In this document: positions 1 through 12,009 of the stretch, one piece after another
How positions within the stretch are numbered: position 1 is the first letter of the stretch
Layout: the number at the start of each line of letters is the position of its first letter
Assembly (NCBI RefSeq): GCF_001194135.2
Contig: NC_068981.1
Location: forward strand, 120,892,071 to 120,956,070
DNA from: Octopus bimaculoides
Taxonomy: Eukaryota
DNA: 64,000 bases
Direction: 5' to 3'
Made by a program: the position numbers and the translations under genes
The notes under the pieces: model-generated
The model's input: only the letters and a program-made list of their open reading frames with translations
Databases searched by the model: none
What the model was told of the DNA's origin: nothing

Positions 1-335
1 AACCATTCTTCTATCCCAAGTTTCCTCATTGACCACCAGATAAGGGATCGGGGGACCCTGTCAAAGGCTTTCTCCATGTCAACGAAAGCCAGGTACAGAG
101 GTTTATCCTTAGCTAGGTATTTCTCCTGCAACTGTCTCACTAGAAATAAGGCATCAGTAGTGCTTTTACCTGGCACGAACCCAAACTGCATCTCATCTAA
201 ATTGATTCGCTCCCTAATTAGTTGGGCTATGACCCTCTCTGTAACTTTCATAACCTGATCTAACAGCTTGATGCCTCTGTAATTATTTGTATCTAAAGCG
301 TCACCTTTACCTTTGTAGCAGTTGACTATGATGCT
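1..335 (-). mobile_element. RTE-clade LINE reverse-transcriptase fragment
   Basis: Minus frame reads YRGIKLLDQVMKVTERVIAQLIRERINLDEMQFGFVPGKSTTDALFLVRQLQEKYLAKDKPLYLAFVDMEKAFDRVPRSLIWWSMRKLGIEEW (RT motifs QFGF, FVDMEKAFD). Confidence 0.92.
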
Positions 336-1214
336 GCTAATAATAAGTAAAGACCAAATATACAGTGCATGTATTTAATTGACAAAGTATGACCATCCTC
401 AAGTGTATCAATATCTGTTTCAACACATGATTTCACATCAGGAATCTTGCAAAGCAAATAGTTAAATGCAAGAAAGCTAATACATTTATATAAAATAATA
501 ATGAAAATTAAAAAAAAGAAATATAATTAAACCTTGGGAGAGGCATTATGCCGGTAATAAACACACGCACTGGTTCAGTCTTTTATTAATTTATAAACAA
601 TATATAGTTTTTTGTTAAATTATTTCATTGCACTCTTGCAATCTCTTCAGTAACTTGTCTCTCCACTTCCATTTATTTTGAATGTATGAGTTAGCGTTGT
701 TTTGAAACTGTTCGGTATGAGCATGTGAGTGTGTGCAAGCTCGTATGTGTGCACGCTCATATGTGTGCACACACTTATGTGTGCACACACTTATGTGTTC
801 GTGCTTATATGTAAGTATGTGCGTCCATATGTGTGTTTGTAACAATTTCGTTTATATCAGATAAGATAGAGACTTTGGACTTGGTTTTGGTTTCCTTTCT
901 GTTATATAAAAGAAAGACATCAGAAAAAGCTTGGTATTTTTTTATCAATGTGGCCAAAATATAAACACTAGTTAAGTACTAGTGTTAATACTATTGAGTG
1001 TATCTTGTTTCATCTAAAATATGAAGCCTTGTACTGCAGTTAGGAATCCTTATTTTAATTGGTGCTACTGCACAGATCAAGAACCACTGAGTTGTATTTT
1101 TCTTTCAGCAATTATCAACATTTTTACACAAGAGATACTAATATCTGTAGGCAGGCATGTTGTTTTAAAAGTATTTTAATGCAAGATGTATCTGGAAAGT
1201 CAATCTACTTTAAT

Positions 1215-1410
1215 GCTTCAGCATTCAGATTACTCTTTGTTTTGAATTAATCATACAGTGTCTTATAACTTTGAGATTTCAGTGATGTGAATTTTATTTT
1301 TAGTAAGATCTGAAAGGATAGGCATGAGAGGCCAGGTCTGGCCAGTTTGAACATACAGCAGGCAGAATATTTGGGTCAGATATGGCTGGTTTAAATGCTA
1401 AAGGGTTAAA
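1215..1410. mobile_element. piggyBac-like MITE, truncated copy (family also at 18339-18562 and 27059-27286)
   Basis: Ends aaatgctaaaggg-TTAA; internal sequence shared with the other two copies. Confidence 0.6.
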
Positions 1411-2099
1411 ACATTTTCAACATTTTACCTCAGATTTCCCAAACTACAGTAGTTTTTAGATGATTCTTTTAAAAATGTAAACATGCACATGACTTGTTGA
1501 AACATTACTTTTTGTTGGGGATGGCAATTGGCTGTGAAACTAGCTAGGGTATCTCTTTTTGTAACTATCAGACCTCAGTCTACTACTGACATATCATTCA
1601 GTCAAGAACAGTATATGGTTTGTGGCAATATTCCATTTTGTTACTTTTACCAGACTGCTAGACTATATACTCCCCACTTCTTTCTCAAGTAAAAACTATT
1701 TGTCCTTCTCTTGTAAAATCAACTGTGGTACTTGTTTTCACTAAAGAAGTACCAGTAGAGTCCTGGAGTCAGTGTAACCAACTAATCTACCTTTGCCAAA
1801 CCTGCTGGCCTTATGCCAAAATTTGAAACCAATATTACTATTAATTGTAAGGTGGTGAGCTGGCAGAGTCATCACTTCTTTGGACAAAATGCTTAGTGAT
1901 ATTTCTTTTGACTACATTTCAAGTTCAAATTCTTCTGGGGAATATTTTAGATCAGATATGATTAATACTCACTGATCTTAGATTTTCACTATTAGATGTT
2001 TAATGTCAGTGTGCATGAATGTTAGAGAGGAGAAATGAACTGGTATGAAAAGAAAAATTGGGTGGTATAGGAATCAGCTGTTGTTGCAAGAGATGAGAC

Positions 2100-2355
2100 T
2101 ACCTTTATATGCACATACTTATGAAGAGTTATATTTGGGTGAAGAAGGCTCAAGGGATCAAAGCAGTGGAAAGCAGTTGAAGAAAAAGACCAAAGAAAAC
2201 ATGTCAAGAAATGGTGAAGGCTGAGCTGAAGATGTTGAGTCACATGAAAGAAATAACAAAGGACCACAATTAGTGGAGAGGTGTTTGGTAGAAATGACTC
2301 AGCCAGCCCATGCCAGCAAGGAAAATCTGATATGCAACAATGATGAAGATGATAA
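2100..2355 (+). mobile_element. Old RTE LINE 3' end (ORF C-terminus plus (GAT)n tail)
   Basis: Reads RPKKTCQEMVKAELKMLSH, followed by cccatgccagca...tgatgaagatgat. Confidence 0.7.
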
Positions 2356-2686
2356 CACTGACCTTAAACTTTGTTTTTAATTGTATTGTAAAAATATGTT
2401 TTGAGCTCTTTAGCCTCTGCTCATTGTTGGATGTGAGTTACCTGTAATCTAGTGGATGGGAGTATTTGGGTGGTGCCTTGTGTTCTTAAGCAAAATACTT
2501 AATTTCTCATTGCTCTGCAATCATTTCGACACCTGATGTGTGGTACACAGTGCACTTGTTCAGGTAACACCAATTTGGAGAGAGTGAGCTAATGTGTGGC
2601 ATGAACGTTTGATCTCTATAAGCAAACAATATGTGCAGGTCATGTGGTAAAGCTAAACACTCACACATCGTCATTGATGGGAGAGT

Positions 2687-2725
<39 letters not shown>

Positions 2726-2940
2726 ATATAAATATTAAAAATTTACAGATACATAAATATATAAAAATATAATAGACATATATGAGTAGAAAAACTATAC
2801 TGATGTATAAAAATATGTTAGCTTATTAGAAGACATATACTGAAGACATTGTCCTACTTACAGATTAAGAGTGTTGTTAAAAAGATATAAAAAAAATATA
2901 TTAAAAAGTAAAAGTGTAAATCCTTGCAGAAAGGTGACTA

Positions 2941-3750
2941 AAGAAATGTTGAAGCATCCAGATGGAAGGTAAAGTTTCCAATGATTAGATGGTGGTACAC
3001 CAATTTCAAGAATTAAGTGACGATACTCCGACGGCTGTTTCAGGGGTACAGTAATCCATAGAAATAAAGGATATTCCTATCCAAATTTTAGACACTGCCT
3101 CCTTCATCAGGGAGAATGTATTAGTTAAGGATTCACATCTCATATAATGAGTAAATGGGTGTTTGATTTTATAAGGAGCTATACGTGTTAGCAGGAAGAG
3201 GAAATATTATGGCAAGAATTGTGAGAAGTAAATTTAGAAAATATGGTAGATTATAAGCAAGTAATTATTCATTAAGTGGAAGGTGAGAGGGGGTGTGAGT
3301 ATAAATATTAGGTGGAATGTAGCTAATTATAGAGTTTAATGATGAATCTATCCAGATTGATCAAAATGCTTAAATGTTGAATGGTATCTATGGTTACAAG
3401 AGATACCATTCCTCTTAGTGAATAATTACTTGCTTATAATCTACAATATTTTCTAAATTTACTTCCCACAATTCTTGCTATAATATTTCCTCTTCCTGCT
3501 AACACGTATAGCTCCTTATAAAACCAAACACCCATCTACTCATTATATGAGATGTGAATCCTTAAGTAATACATTCTCCCTGATGAAGGAGGCAGTGTCC
3601 AAAATTTGGATAGGAATATCCTTTATTTCTATGGATTACTGTACCCTTGAAACAGCTGTCAGAGTATCACCACTTAATTCTTGAAATTGGAGTACCACTA
3701 TCTAATCATTGGAAACTTTACCTTCCATCTTGATGCTTAAACATTTTCTT
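2941..3750. repeat. Long inverted repeat (~340-bp arms, ~127-bp spacer), probably inverted Penelope-like termini
   Basis: 2941-3281 is the reverse complement of ~3409-3750 at roughly 90% identity by eye. The arms carry a degenerate CTGATGAAGG..CC(G)AAA motif. Confidence 0.9.
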
Positions 3751-3829
3751 CACATACAAACACACATACCTGCATATACACATGCTCCCCCTCTCCCCCC
3801 CCCCCCACACATGTATGGAACGGAACGTC

Positions 3830-4140
3830 TCTGTAGTTGTTTGAAGTGCTAGAAATTTTACTCAAATCACCCTTCTTTCACACCTTACCATCTTAAAAAA
3901 GGGGAGGTGACACATTGGCTGATATAACCCTAGAATACACTATTTCTTTAAGGTTGAGGATTATCTAGAATAGGTCAGCCAAATAAGAGCTTGCCTTGGG
4001 GAAATGAAGAATTCACTGTGGTTGCTGAACCTTTTAGAAATATCAGCCAAATATCACTCAGAACCACACATTACTACCTTAAAAATAGGACATTTTGGAT
4101 GATGTATACTTGAAGATAAGAATATGATAGTCCTGCCTGA
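3830..4140 (+). mobile_element. Unclassified short retroposon with (AAC)n tail (copies ~42440-42690, ~44370-44580, ~45610-45815, ~53250-53400 minus)
   Basis: Recurrent decayed motifs: ctagaa..agccaaat..ctc..a..acac..tac...cttaaaaa..ggacacatt, and ..acctgggg..aaacaacaac at the 3' end. Confidence 0.5.
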
Positions 4141-4724
4141 TATACATTGTTTCATAGATTTGCCAGTTCAAAGCTGGGCTGGTCATATGTTGAGCTTCAA
4201 GAGCAACTACATGTCTCTCTCTTCTTCATCACCTGTATTAAGACCTGCTTCTGTTAACTCACTCTATCAGCACCAACAAACACCTTTAGTAGTAGTCATT
4301 CGTTCTGAGAACCACATCAGTACAGAACTTTCCCAGCATTAACCTTCATCATTCTTATTCTTTATTTACTTCTCATTTTTAATGTACGCATCACTGTTCA
4401 TCTTCTTTATTTAATGGTGTATGAGCTGACTATATGACTGTGTAATCTAACAATTATTACGTTAGATAATAATAATGGTTTCAAATTTTGGTACGTGGCC
4501 AGCAGCTTTGATGGAGGGGTTAAGTGTATTACATTGACATCAGTGCACAACTGGTACTTATTTTATTGACCCTCAAAAGGATGAAAGGCAAACAACAAAC
4601 AACAAACCCCCACTGAACCCTCCAAAAAACAAATGCCTTACCTTATAGCTGCGCTTTCAAAGTTCTTCAGTCCAACAGTGCTGCAAAGCAACATCTTGAC
4701 AACAACAGTGCAGCAATAAAACTG

Positions 4725-4905
4725 TTGTTGTCATCTACTTTGAGAGATCGGCACTTCTTTATGGAACTATCAGCATCCATCTGCATCACATGACCAAACC
4801 AGTGCAGTCTTCTCTCTTGCACACAACAACTAATTCCTCTTATGCTTAACTTCTCTCTCAAAACAGTGGCACTCTATCGAACATGTACACTTATGTTACA
4901 CATCT
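4725..4905 (-). mobile_element. RTE LINE ORF C-terminal fragment
   Basis: Reads LREKLSIRGISCCVQERRLHWFGHVMQMDADSSIKKCRSLKVD; RRLxWFGHV is typical of RTE. Confidence 0.85.
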
Positions 4906-5715
4906 AATCCGTTCTACTATAGGCACAACAGGAAACAAAAAAAAACCCAAGGAAATAGAATTGTTTCTTTATTTCTGTAAGTCATGTTGCCTCAATAAAC
5001 TTGACTGAAGTTAAAGGTGATGAAATTTTGAGTGGTTATATCTGATTTCTGTAGTAAAAGGGTTAAAGGCATGGTTGTGTAGTAAGCAGTTTGCTTCCCA
5101 ACCACGTGGTCCTGCGTTCAATCCCACTGTATGATGAGTGGATTTGGTAGATGAAAAGGAAAAGAAGTTTGTTGTATATATGTGTGCTCTGTATCTCTGT
5201 GTTTGTCTCCAGCCATTTTTTGATGCTGTTTACTTCCTTCTCTGGTCTCTCAACTCCTGATGAAGTTGTAGGGATACTATTGTGATGATATAGGACATAT
5301 TTTGAGCATCTTAAACCTGATAGAGCCTGTCCCTCTCCAGGTCTGAACAACACAAATTTCTTTCAGCATAAAAGACAGGAAGTGAAAAAGCTGAAGAATT
5401 GACTCCAGTCATGCACTGGCATTTTATTTACCAATCCCAAAGGATGAAAGGCAAAATATCTCTCAATGGGATTTAAACTCAGAATGCAGATTGTTTGAGT
5501 GAACATTGCAAAGCAGTCTATCCTATGCACTAATGTCTCTACCAACTCACTAATTATCATGCATTTACTACCCTATGTTCACTACTATATGTTTACTGTT
5601 GTATGTTCACAAATTCATGTTTATTGATGATAATGGATACAGTTTTTACTGTCTTATGTTTCTATTTAACATGTTCACAACTGTTTAGTTATTTCTTGTT
5701 CTGTCTTTTGTCCAG

Positions 5716-5925
5716 TTTCACAGGGATTTAACTACCAAGTAGCATTCCAGAAAACACAAGTACCGAGATTCCTTGGCTTGAGTGATGATGATGACGATGA
5801 CGATGACGATGATACAATTCCGTCTCGGTCAGGTTTTCACAGTTGGGGTCAGGGCCGGCGTCTTGGCGAGGAAGCAGACAACGAAGAATCTCATCGGGAA
5901 GAACACGATGGCCAAGAAGTCCAAA
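5716..5925 (+). CDS. Coding exon A of SHP/BC-box/LRR gene (phase 1-1)
   Basis: Acceptor ttttgtccag, donor A|gtaagt. Reads SQGFNYQVAFQKTQVPRFLGLSD10TIPSRSGFHSWGQGRRLGEEADNEESHREEHDGQEVQ, with SHP-like WGQGRRLG. An alternative in-frame acceptor at 5724 is possible. Confidence 0.8.
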
Positions 5926-6614
5926 GTAAGTTTTGATGGTCTCTTAATGAACCTGTATATTCACCTCATCTATACACTGCACACTGCTAGATTCAGTCTT
6001 GATGTTTACAACCTTCATGTTTACATCAAAATTTGTATTATATTACATTAGTTATCTGAATTACATTCTCTAGTTTCATGCATATGAAGATATTTTTTCT
6101 TTCATGTCTGGTATTCTTGTAATGTATTGTTACTGTTAGTTTGTGGTTAAGTGCAATACATGTGTTTTACTTTATGATTTTCTTTCTATTGATGTAAACA
6201 TCCAAGTTCTGATGTAAACATGTGAAATGCAATGAAAAATCTCAACTGTCCAAATAATAGATTTCAATGTGATGCACAGTCACTCTGTCTTTTGCTACAT
6301 CTGTACCATTCAACATTGGTCCTATCCAAGTCCTGCTAAAGCTCATACTAATGACCATATCTTCTCTATAATCTCCCATGCCACACATAAAATGCACTTG
6401 TGCTGGTGATTTGTAAAAGCCCCCAACACACTATGTAAACTGGTTGGCATTATGAAGGGCATCCAGCCATAGAAACAATGCCAAAACAGATAATTGGGGC
6501 CTGGACAGCTCTCTGGTTGGTCAAATCCTGTCAAACTATTCAATCCATGCCAGCATGGAAAATGGATGTTAAACGATGATGATGATAACAGACAAAACAC
6601 AACACAGTGCAGAT

Positions 6615-7085
6615 AAGTATTTACTTAAGCCCTTTGCTCCCTATGGGGCATAAGCCATTGATAAGCTTTCTCCACTGTTCTTGACTCCAGTTCATCTTAT
6701 CTGCTTCTCTCCAGTTGGGGCCCTGCCTTAACCTTGCAGCTTCCTTAGAGATTTTGCTGCATAATGCTATATTTCCTTGAGGGAAGGCCTTCTTCTCCCA
6801 GGTCTTGCTGGTTTTGAATTATCATTAATGCATCTGTAGCTTCACTTTGTTTCTAAGTAAGGATTTTACTCCTTGCAAACCCATTTTTCCTTTGAGGAAG
6901 AGGTAGTTCATATATTCGTCTGGAGAGAAGCAGATAAGATGAACTGGAGTCAAGAACCCTAACCCTAACCCTTTGACCTGTCAAGCATAGAGACCCTATC
7001 AGGAGCTTGTGCTCTGCTGGTATAGCTCTCAGCGTAATTGTAGCATACTACACAAGCCACCATCTTGCAACAAGGGCTGGATCAC
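6615..7085. mobile_element. Decayed retroelement UTR-like fragment with a perfect 38-bp inverted duplication and (AACCCT)3
   Basis: 6677-6714 is the exact reverse complement of 6920-6957; AACCCT x3 at 6955-6972. Element class is recalled only loosely. Confidence 0.55.
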
Positions 7086-7171
7086 ATGCTGTATTGTAGA
7101 CAAATGCTGGTGACTAATGGCATCAGTATACTCAGAACACTAGCCTCAATCCATATGGAGTTCACAAAAGT

Positions 7172-7555
7172 ATCATCATCATTTAACATCTGTTTTCCAT
7201 GCTGGCATGGGTTGGATGGTTTGATAGGAACTGATAAGGCATCAGGTTTCATAGTCTGTTTTGGCCTGGTTTCTATGTCTGTATGCCCTTTCTAATGTCA
7301 ATGACTTCACAAAGTGTACTGGGTACCTTTTAAGTGGCATCAGCACCAGTGCTTTTTACGTAGCACTTTGGTTTTAGGATTTCAATTCTGTTGTGGTGGA
7401 CAGGTCTTCTCAAGTACAGCAATGCCCCACATATCTCTGTCCTCTGTCATCACCTTTGTAAGGTTCAGCGTTTTGAGATCAGCTTTCAAAACTTCATCCT
7501 TGGGTCTCCCTCTTCCACAACTTCCCTCCACTTTAAGCGATCAGCACTTCTATAA
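7172..7555 (-). mobile_element. 5'-truncated RTE LINE 3' end
   Basis: (CAT)n tail, shared 3'UTR, and minus-strand ORF end (VEGSCGRGRPKDEVLKADLK-like). Confidence 0.8.
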
Positions 7556-8340
7556 CTCTGACTACAAATTGTCTAGCTCAACCAACATACATATGCGTAT
7601 GTTTGTGTGTGTGCATGTTGTATGACTGCTTTTGTATCTGTGTATGCAAGAGACGAGGATAACCACCAATCTCAGATGTACAGTGATACTTCAGGTGGAG
7701 ACTGTAGTTTTTGGTAGTCTAGTTGGTAGCAGACACGTTGCTTTAGTTTGATAGTATGCGAGGTAGTTGAAGTGTTACCTAGATTTGGTAGTATAAACAA
7801 TAGTGGGAGTTTTGTTAAACTATGATAATTTTTGCAGTATGGGTGGTTGTAGAGGTGTTGTGTAGGCTTGACAGGTTTTTTTTTTTTGTACATGTAGATT
7901 TCATTAGTATAGGAGGTCATATCAGTTTTATGTAGGTTTAATAATTCATAATAGTATGGGTGATAGTAGAGATGTTGTAGTAATTTTTGTAGCTTCCAGT
8001 TGTGTGGTTTGTAGTGGCAGTGTTGTGTAGATTTTGTGAGTTACTTGGTGACCTCACAAGTGCTGTTGATACAGAAAAAAAGCACCTTGTACACAATGTA
8101 AATTGGTTGGCGTTAGGTATCCAGCCTAGAAACCATGCCAAAGTTGACATTTGAGCTCCATGTCACCATGTAGCTCACTCGATCCTGTCAAACCACTCAA
8201 TCCATATCAGCATGGAAAATGGGCGTTATATAATGATGTTGATGACGACAACAACAATGATGATGATGATGATGACGGTGATGTTGACAAGGCGGTAGGA
8301 TCACATTTGGGTAGATTTGATAATTTGTAATAGTACAAAT

Positions 8341-8632
8341 CGTTGCCAGTGCCGCTGGACTGGCTCTTGTGCAGGTGTCACGTAAAATACACCATTTTGA
8401 ACGTGGCTGTTGCCAGTACCGCCCGCCTGGCCTTTGTGCCGGTGGCACGTAAAAGCACCCACTACACTCTCGGCGTGGTTGGCATTAGGAAGAGCATCCA
8501 GCTGTGGAAACTCTGCCAAATCAGATTGGAGCCTGGTGTAGCCATCTGGTTCACCAGTCCCCAGTCAAATCGTCCAACCCATGCTAGCATAGAAAGCGGG
8601 CGTTAAACGATGATGATGATGATGATGATGAC
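8341..8632 (+). mobile_element. Young RTE 3'UTR copy with (GAT)n tail; related copies at ~6420-6590, 8050-8250, 10250-10480(-), 18745-19055, 19400-19680, 23535-23720(-), 55515-55720(-), 59110-59230, 62520-62735
   Basis: Conserved ccaacccatgctagcatggaaagcggacgttaaacgatgatgat terminus. Longer copies connect this UTR to the RTE ORF end. Confidence 0.85.
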
Positions 8633-9150
8633 AAGTAGTAGTACAGATGTAATAGTTTTTATAGTTTCCCGTAATGTCGTGTGTAGCAGCAGTGATGTAT
8701 AGGTTTGGTGTTAGTGGCAGCACAGTGTAAGGTTAAATGTGTTATGTATGATAACTATACTTGTCAGTGCAGTGATTGAATCTTGTTTTCTGGTTTCAAT
8801 TAGTAATAATATCTCTGTAGGTTAACTGATCATCTAGTAAACATAAATCATTTTGGATTATGTAATGAAATCAGATGAAAAATAGTCTTTGTTTGCAATT
8901 GAGTCATTACTCAAAAGTCTGTCTTCAAATGGCAAACATTTAAACAGTCTTTATTTTTATAAAAGTTATACTAACAAAATATGCTTTTGGATTTCTTTCT
9001 TTTTCTCTCTCTTTGTTTTATTTTGATTGGCAGGGTGAGGGGATGTTGTTATAAACCCTGTTATAATATCACTGTTTAATTGTCTTAATATTATCCAGAT
9101 ATGTTTATTTGAAATACTCTTTAATGGCTGAGCTCATCTCCAAATCGTGG

Positions 9151-9187
<37 letters not shown>

Positions 9188-9500
9188 AAAGTGTAAAAAC
9201 AAAAAGCAGTTAATGTGTTTACATTGTTAGTTCAATAGTTATTTCATCCTCTGCTACTATTCTTGGCTTGTATCAATAGTCTAAACTGCATGAAAATACC
9301 AGCCCGACATTCATCTTGTTCTGCGATCTGTGGTCTGCACACTCACTTCAGTACTACCTCAATGTCGTTAGCTGGAATTCTATAAAAGGCTAGTCAGTTT
9401 CTTGAAAGCGTGCCAAGGAAGATTATCTTTGTACAGTATTGGTAAACAATGTAATAGAGGAACTATGAAATATAATTTGCCAAAAGAATTCAAATTTGCT

Positions 9501-9544
<44 letters not shown>

Positions 9545-9717
9545 ATTATTATTATTATTATTTTTTTTTTTTCTTCTTCATTCTTTTTGCTTCTTTTATT
9601 TTCTCATCTGTCTGTAGTCTGTGGTGGCGATAGGCCAGGCTAGCTAAACTTGCTTAACCTAAGAACTTTATACATTTATCTTTAACTCTTTAAGATTGCC
9701 TGAATATCAAGCAACAA

Positions 9718-9755
<38 letters not shown>

Positions 9756-9812
9756 CAACATCATCATCGTTGTTGTCATCATTGTTATCATTTATTATTA
9801 TTTTTGTAATCA

Positions 9813-9843
<31 letters not shown>

Positions 9844-9870
9844 ATTATTATTATTATTATTATTATTATT

Positions 9871-10020
9871 GCATGATTTCACTGCATAGATGAGTGCAGT
9901 TCTGTGTGCCTTGGGTGTGTACTGTTTTGTTTCATTTGGTTTTTATGTTATTTAATTGTATAGAGAGTTGGGAGTAGTATTCTTTGTAATACATGCACAC
10001 TAGTGCTGTTTCCTGTATGA
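9871..10020 (-). mobile_element. R4/Dong-like LINE 3' remnant abutting a (TAT)n tract
   Basis: Similar to the 3' ends at 50116 and 50655 (tttcactgca..gtgccttg..); directly follows long ATT arrays. Confidence 0.5.
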
Positions 10021-10242
10021 AAGTGAAACAGTAGAATTTGGGATAACAGTGTAATGGCTTGCATCAGCAAAGAAAAAAAGAAAACACAATTAGAAAAAAA
10101 TTGTAAAGTGGAATAAATCATTTTGCAATGAGAAAGAAGACTCTGGCTGTAAGGTCTGTATGTTGTTTGAAAGGCACAAGTATGGATATGTGGTTATTGA
10201 GTTTACTTCATACTCATGTGATTTTTGGTTATCTTTCACTGT

Positions 10243-10273
<31 letters not shown>

Positions 10274-10838
10274 AGTGTCCATTGTCCATGTCATCATGGG
10301 TCGGACGGTTTGACCAGGGCTGGATAGCTGAGGGGCTGCACCAAGCTCCAGTCTGATTTGGCATGGATTCTTTGGCTGGATGCCATGCCTAACACCAACC
10401 ACTCTGAGAGTGTAAAGGGTGCTTTTACATGCCACCAGCACAGTTGTCAGTTGTGTGGCACCAGTATCTGCCACGACTACAATTTCACTTGGTTTGGTGG
10501 GTCATCATATTTTCTTATAATCTTTTATTATAGCTCCAGACTCAGCAATGCTTTGTGAGTGAAACTGGCAGATGGTTATTATACTAAAGCATATTGCCCA
10601 TGTGTGTATGCATGGGAGCTTTTTTTTTCCATGTGTCATCATACTGGCACAATTTGAGTGCCAGTAATGCCATGTTTATGTCACCTGTAAATGATATGTA
10701 CTGCAGTTTTATTGGGTTTTGGTACGTGAAAATAAGGGAAATAAAGTAATTTCCTTGAAAATAATTGAGTTTTGGTCACAGGAAGTACATCCTATTTTAG
10801 AATAAGGCCTGCTGAAGTCTAATCCAACCCATTCCAGC

Positions 10839-10900
10839 ATGGGTAAAAAGCAGAAAAATGAAGAAGGTGATGATGGTGATGATGATGATGATGATGAGGG

Positions 10901-10932
<32 letters not shown>

Positions 10933-11020
10933 GTGATGATGATGATGATAATGATGACGATGACGACAATGACAACAATGATGACAATGGCAACGACGAT
11001 GACAATGATGATGCGTATGT
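10839..11020 (+). repeat. Compound (GAT/GAC/AAT)n microsatellite grown from an RTE tail
   Basis: Preceded by RTE terminus ccaacccattccagcatgg. Confidence 0.85.
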
Positions 11021-11661
11021 TTAAGTCCTGATGTTTTAATTAAGCATTCCTCAGCATTTTTTCTTATCTTTCACAAGGCATCTATTATTATAAGAATTGT
11101 TTCTTTTTTTGTGGATGTTTCTATTTCCAGATCTTTACATTTGGATGGTTTCCCAAAGTCTTTCAGAGATGTGTTGGCAGTTTTTGAAATTAATATGCTA
11201 ATTAATAGACAGTTCTTTGTCTGTAGTCTGTGATAATAACGTCTTGGGGTTTCTTTATAATTTCTTTGGTGTCACCACCTTCATCAACAGGCATGGTAGG
11301 CTACAAGAAATTTTGCATTCCCTCACATCTGCCTCATAGGAGTGACTGCCAACCCTCACCTTCTTTCTTGCTATCCCTCTGTGTGTGATTATGTTGAAGT
11401 TTTTCTGAAACCTAAAATTATCAAGAGCTGGTATTGAGTTACATCAGGAATGTGTAGCATTTGGAATTAGTTTTAGATTCATATTTGATTACAGTAACTT
11501 AATGAGTTAAGGTCTTGGTATCTATATAAGTTCAGTGAAGCCATAGATAAGGACTGAAAGATTCCAGAGGAGTTGTTCTGACACAATGTCATGCAAGACT
11601 TTAACTGTATGTTTTTAAAGTGTAGAAAATCCATGCACTGAGCCTATCCCACTTTCTAAAC

Positions 11662-12009
11662 CAGGGGTTCTGTTTTATCTTCTGTTTTATCTCTGAACCC
11701 CTTTGATTACTATTTTATTCTGGTGGACCCCCCATAGCCATTCAGTGTTTAATGGCTCTGAAACGTCTTTCAAAATTCCTATTTTTTTTCCCGTATATAA
11801 ACTTGTGTAGGTTGAATTGTGTAAGACATTTGAGAAAGAAACCTAGCTGTTTCTTGTAATGCATACCAGTATATACATACAAAACAAAATTTTTTCAGGG
11901 GCCCTTAAAATACTATTGTGGATCCCCAGTTTACTATTTTGTTGTGTAGACCCCCGAAAGTCTTATACATATGCTCAGGGGCCATATGGGCCCTGGTTGA
12001 GAACCATTG
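11662..12009. mobile_element. hAT (Charlie-like) MITE, copy 1
   Basis: Termini CAGGGGTTC / GAGAACCATTG; flanks ttctaaac and ttctaagt (6/8 TSD); homologous throughout to 41252-41592. Confidence 0.85.

Noticed and set aside
1109-1146. Possible upstream exon (tctttcag|..IINIFTQEILIS|gtaggc) that would join the 5724 acceptor
   Set aside because: Only 38 nt, weak donor and no recognisable domain; needs RNA-seq.
10839-11024. Poly-Asp ORF resembling the acidic exons
   Set aside because: Derived from an RTE (GAT)n tail; no splice sites.
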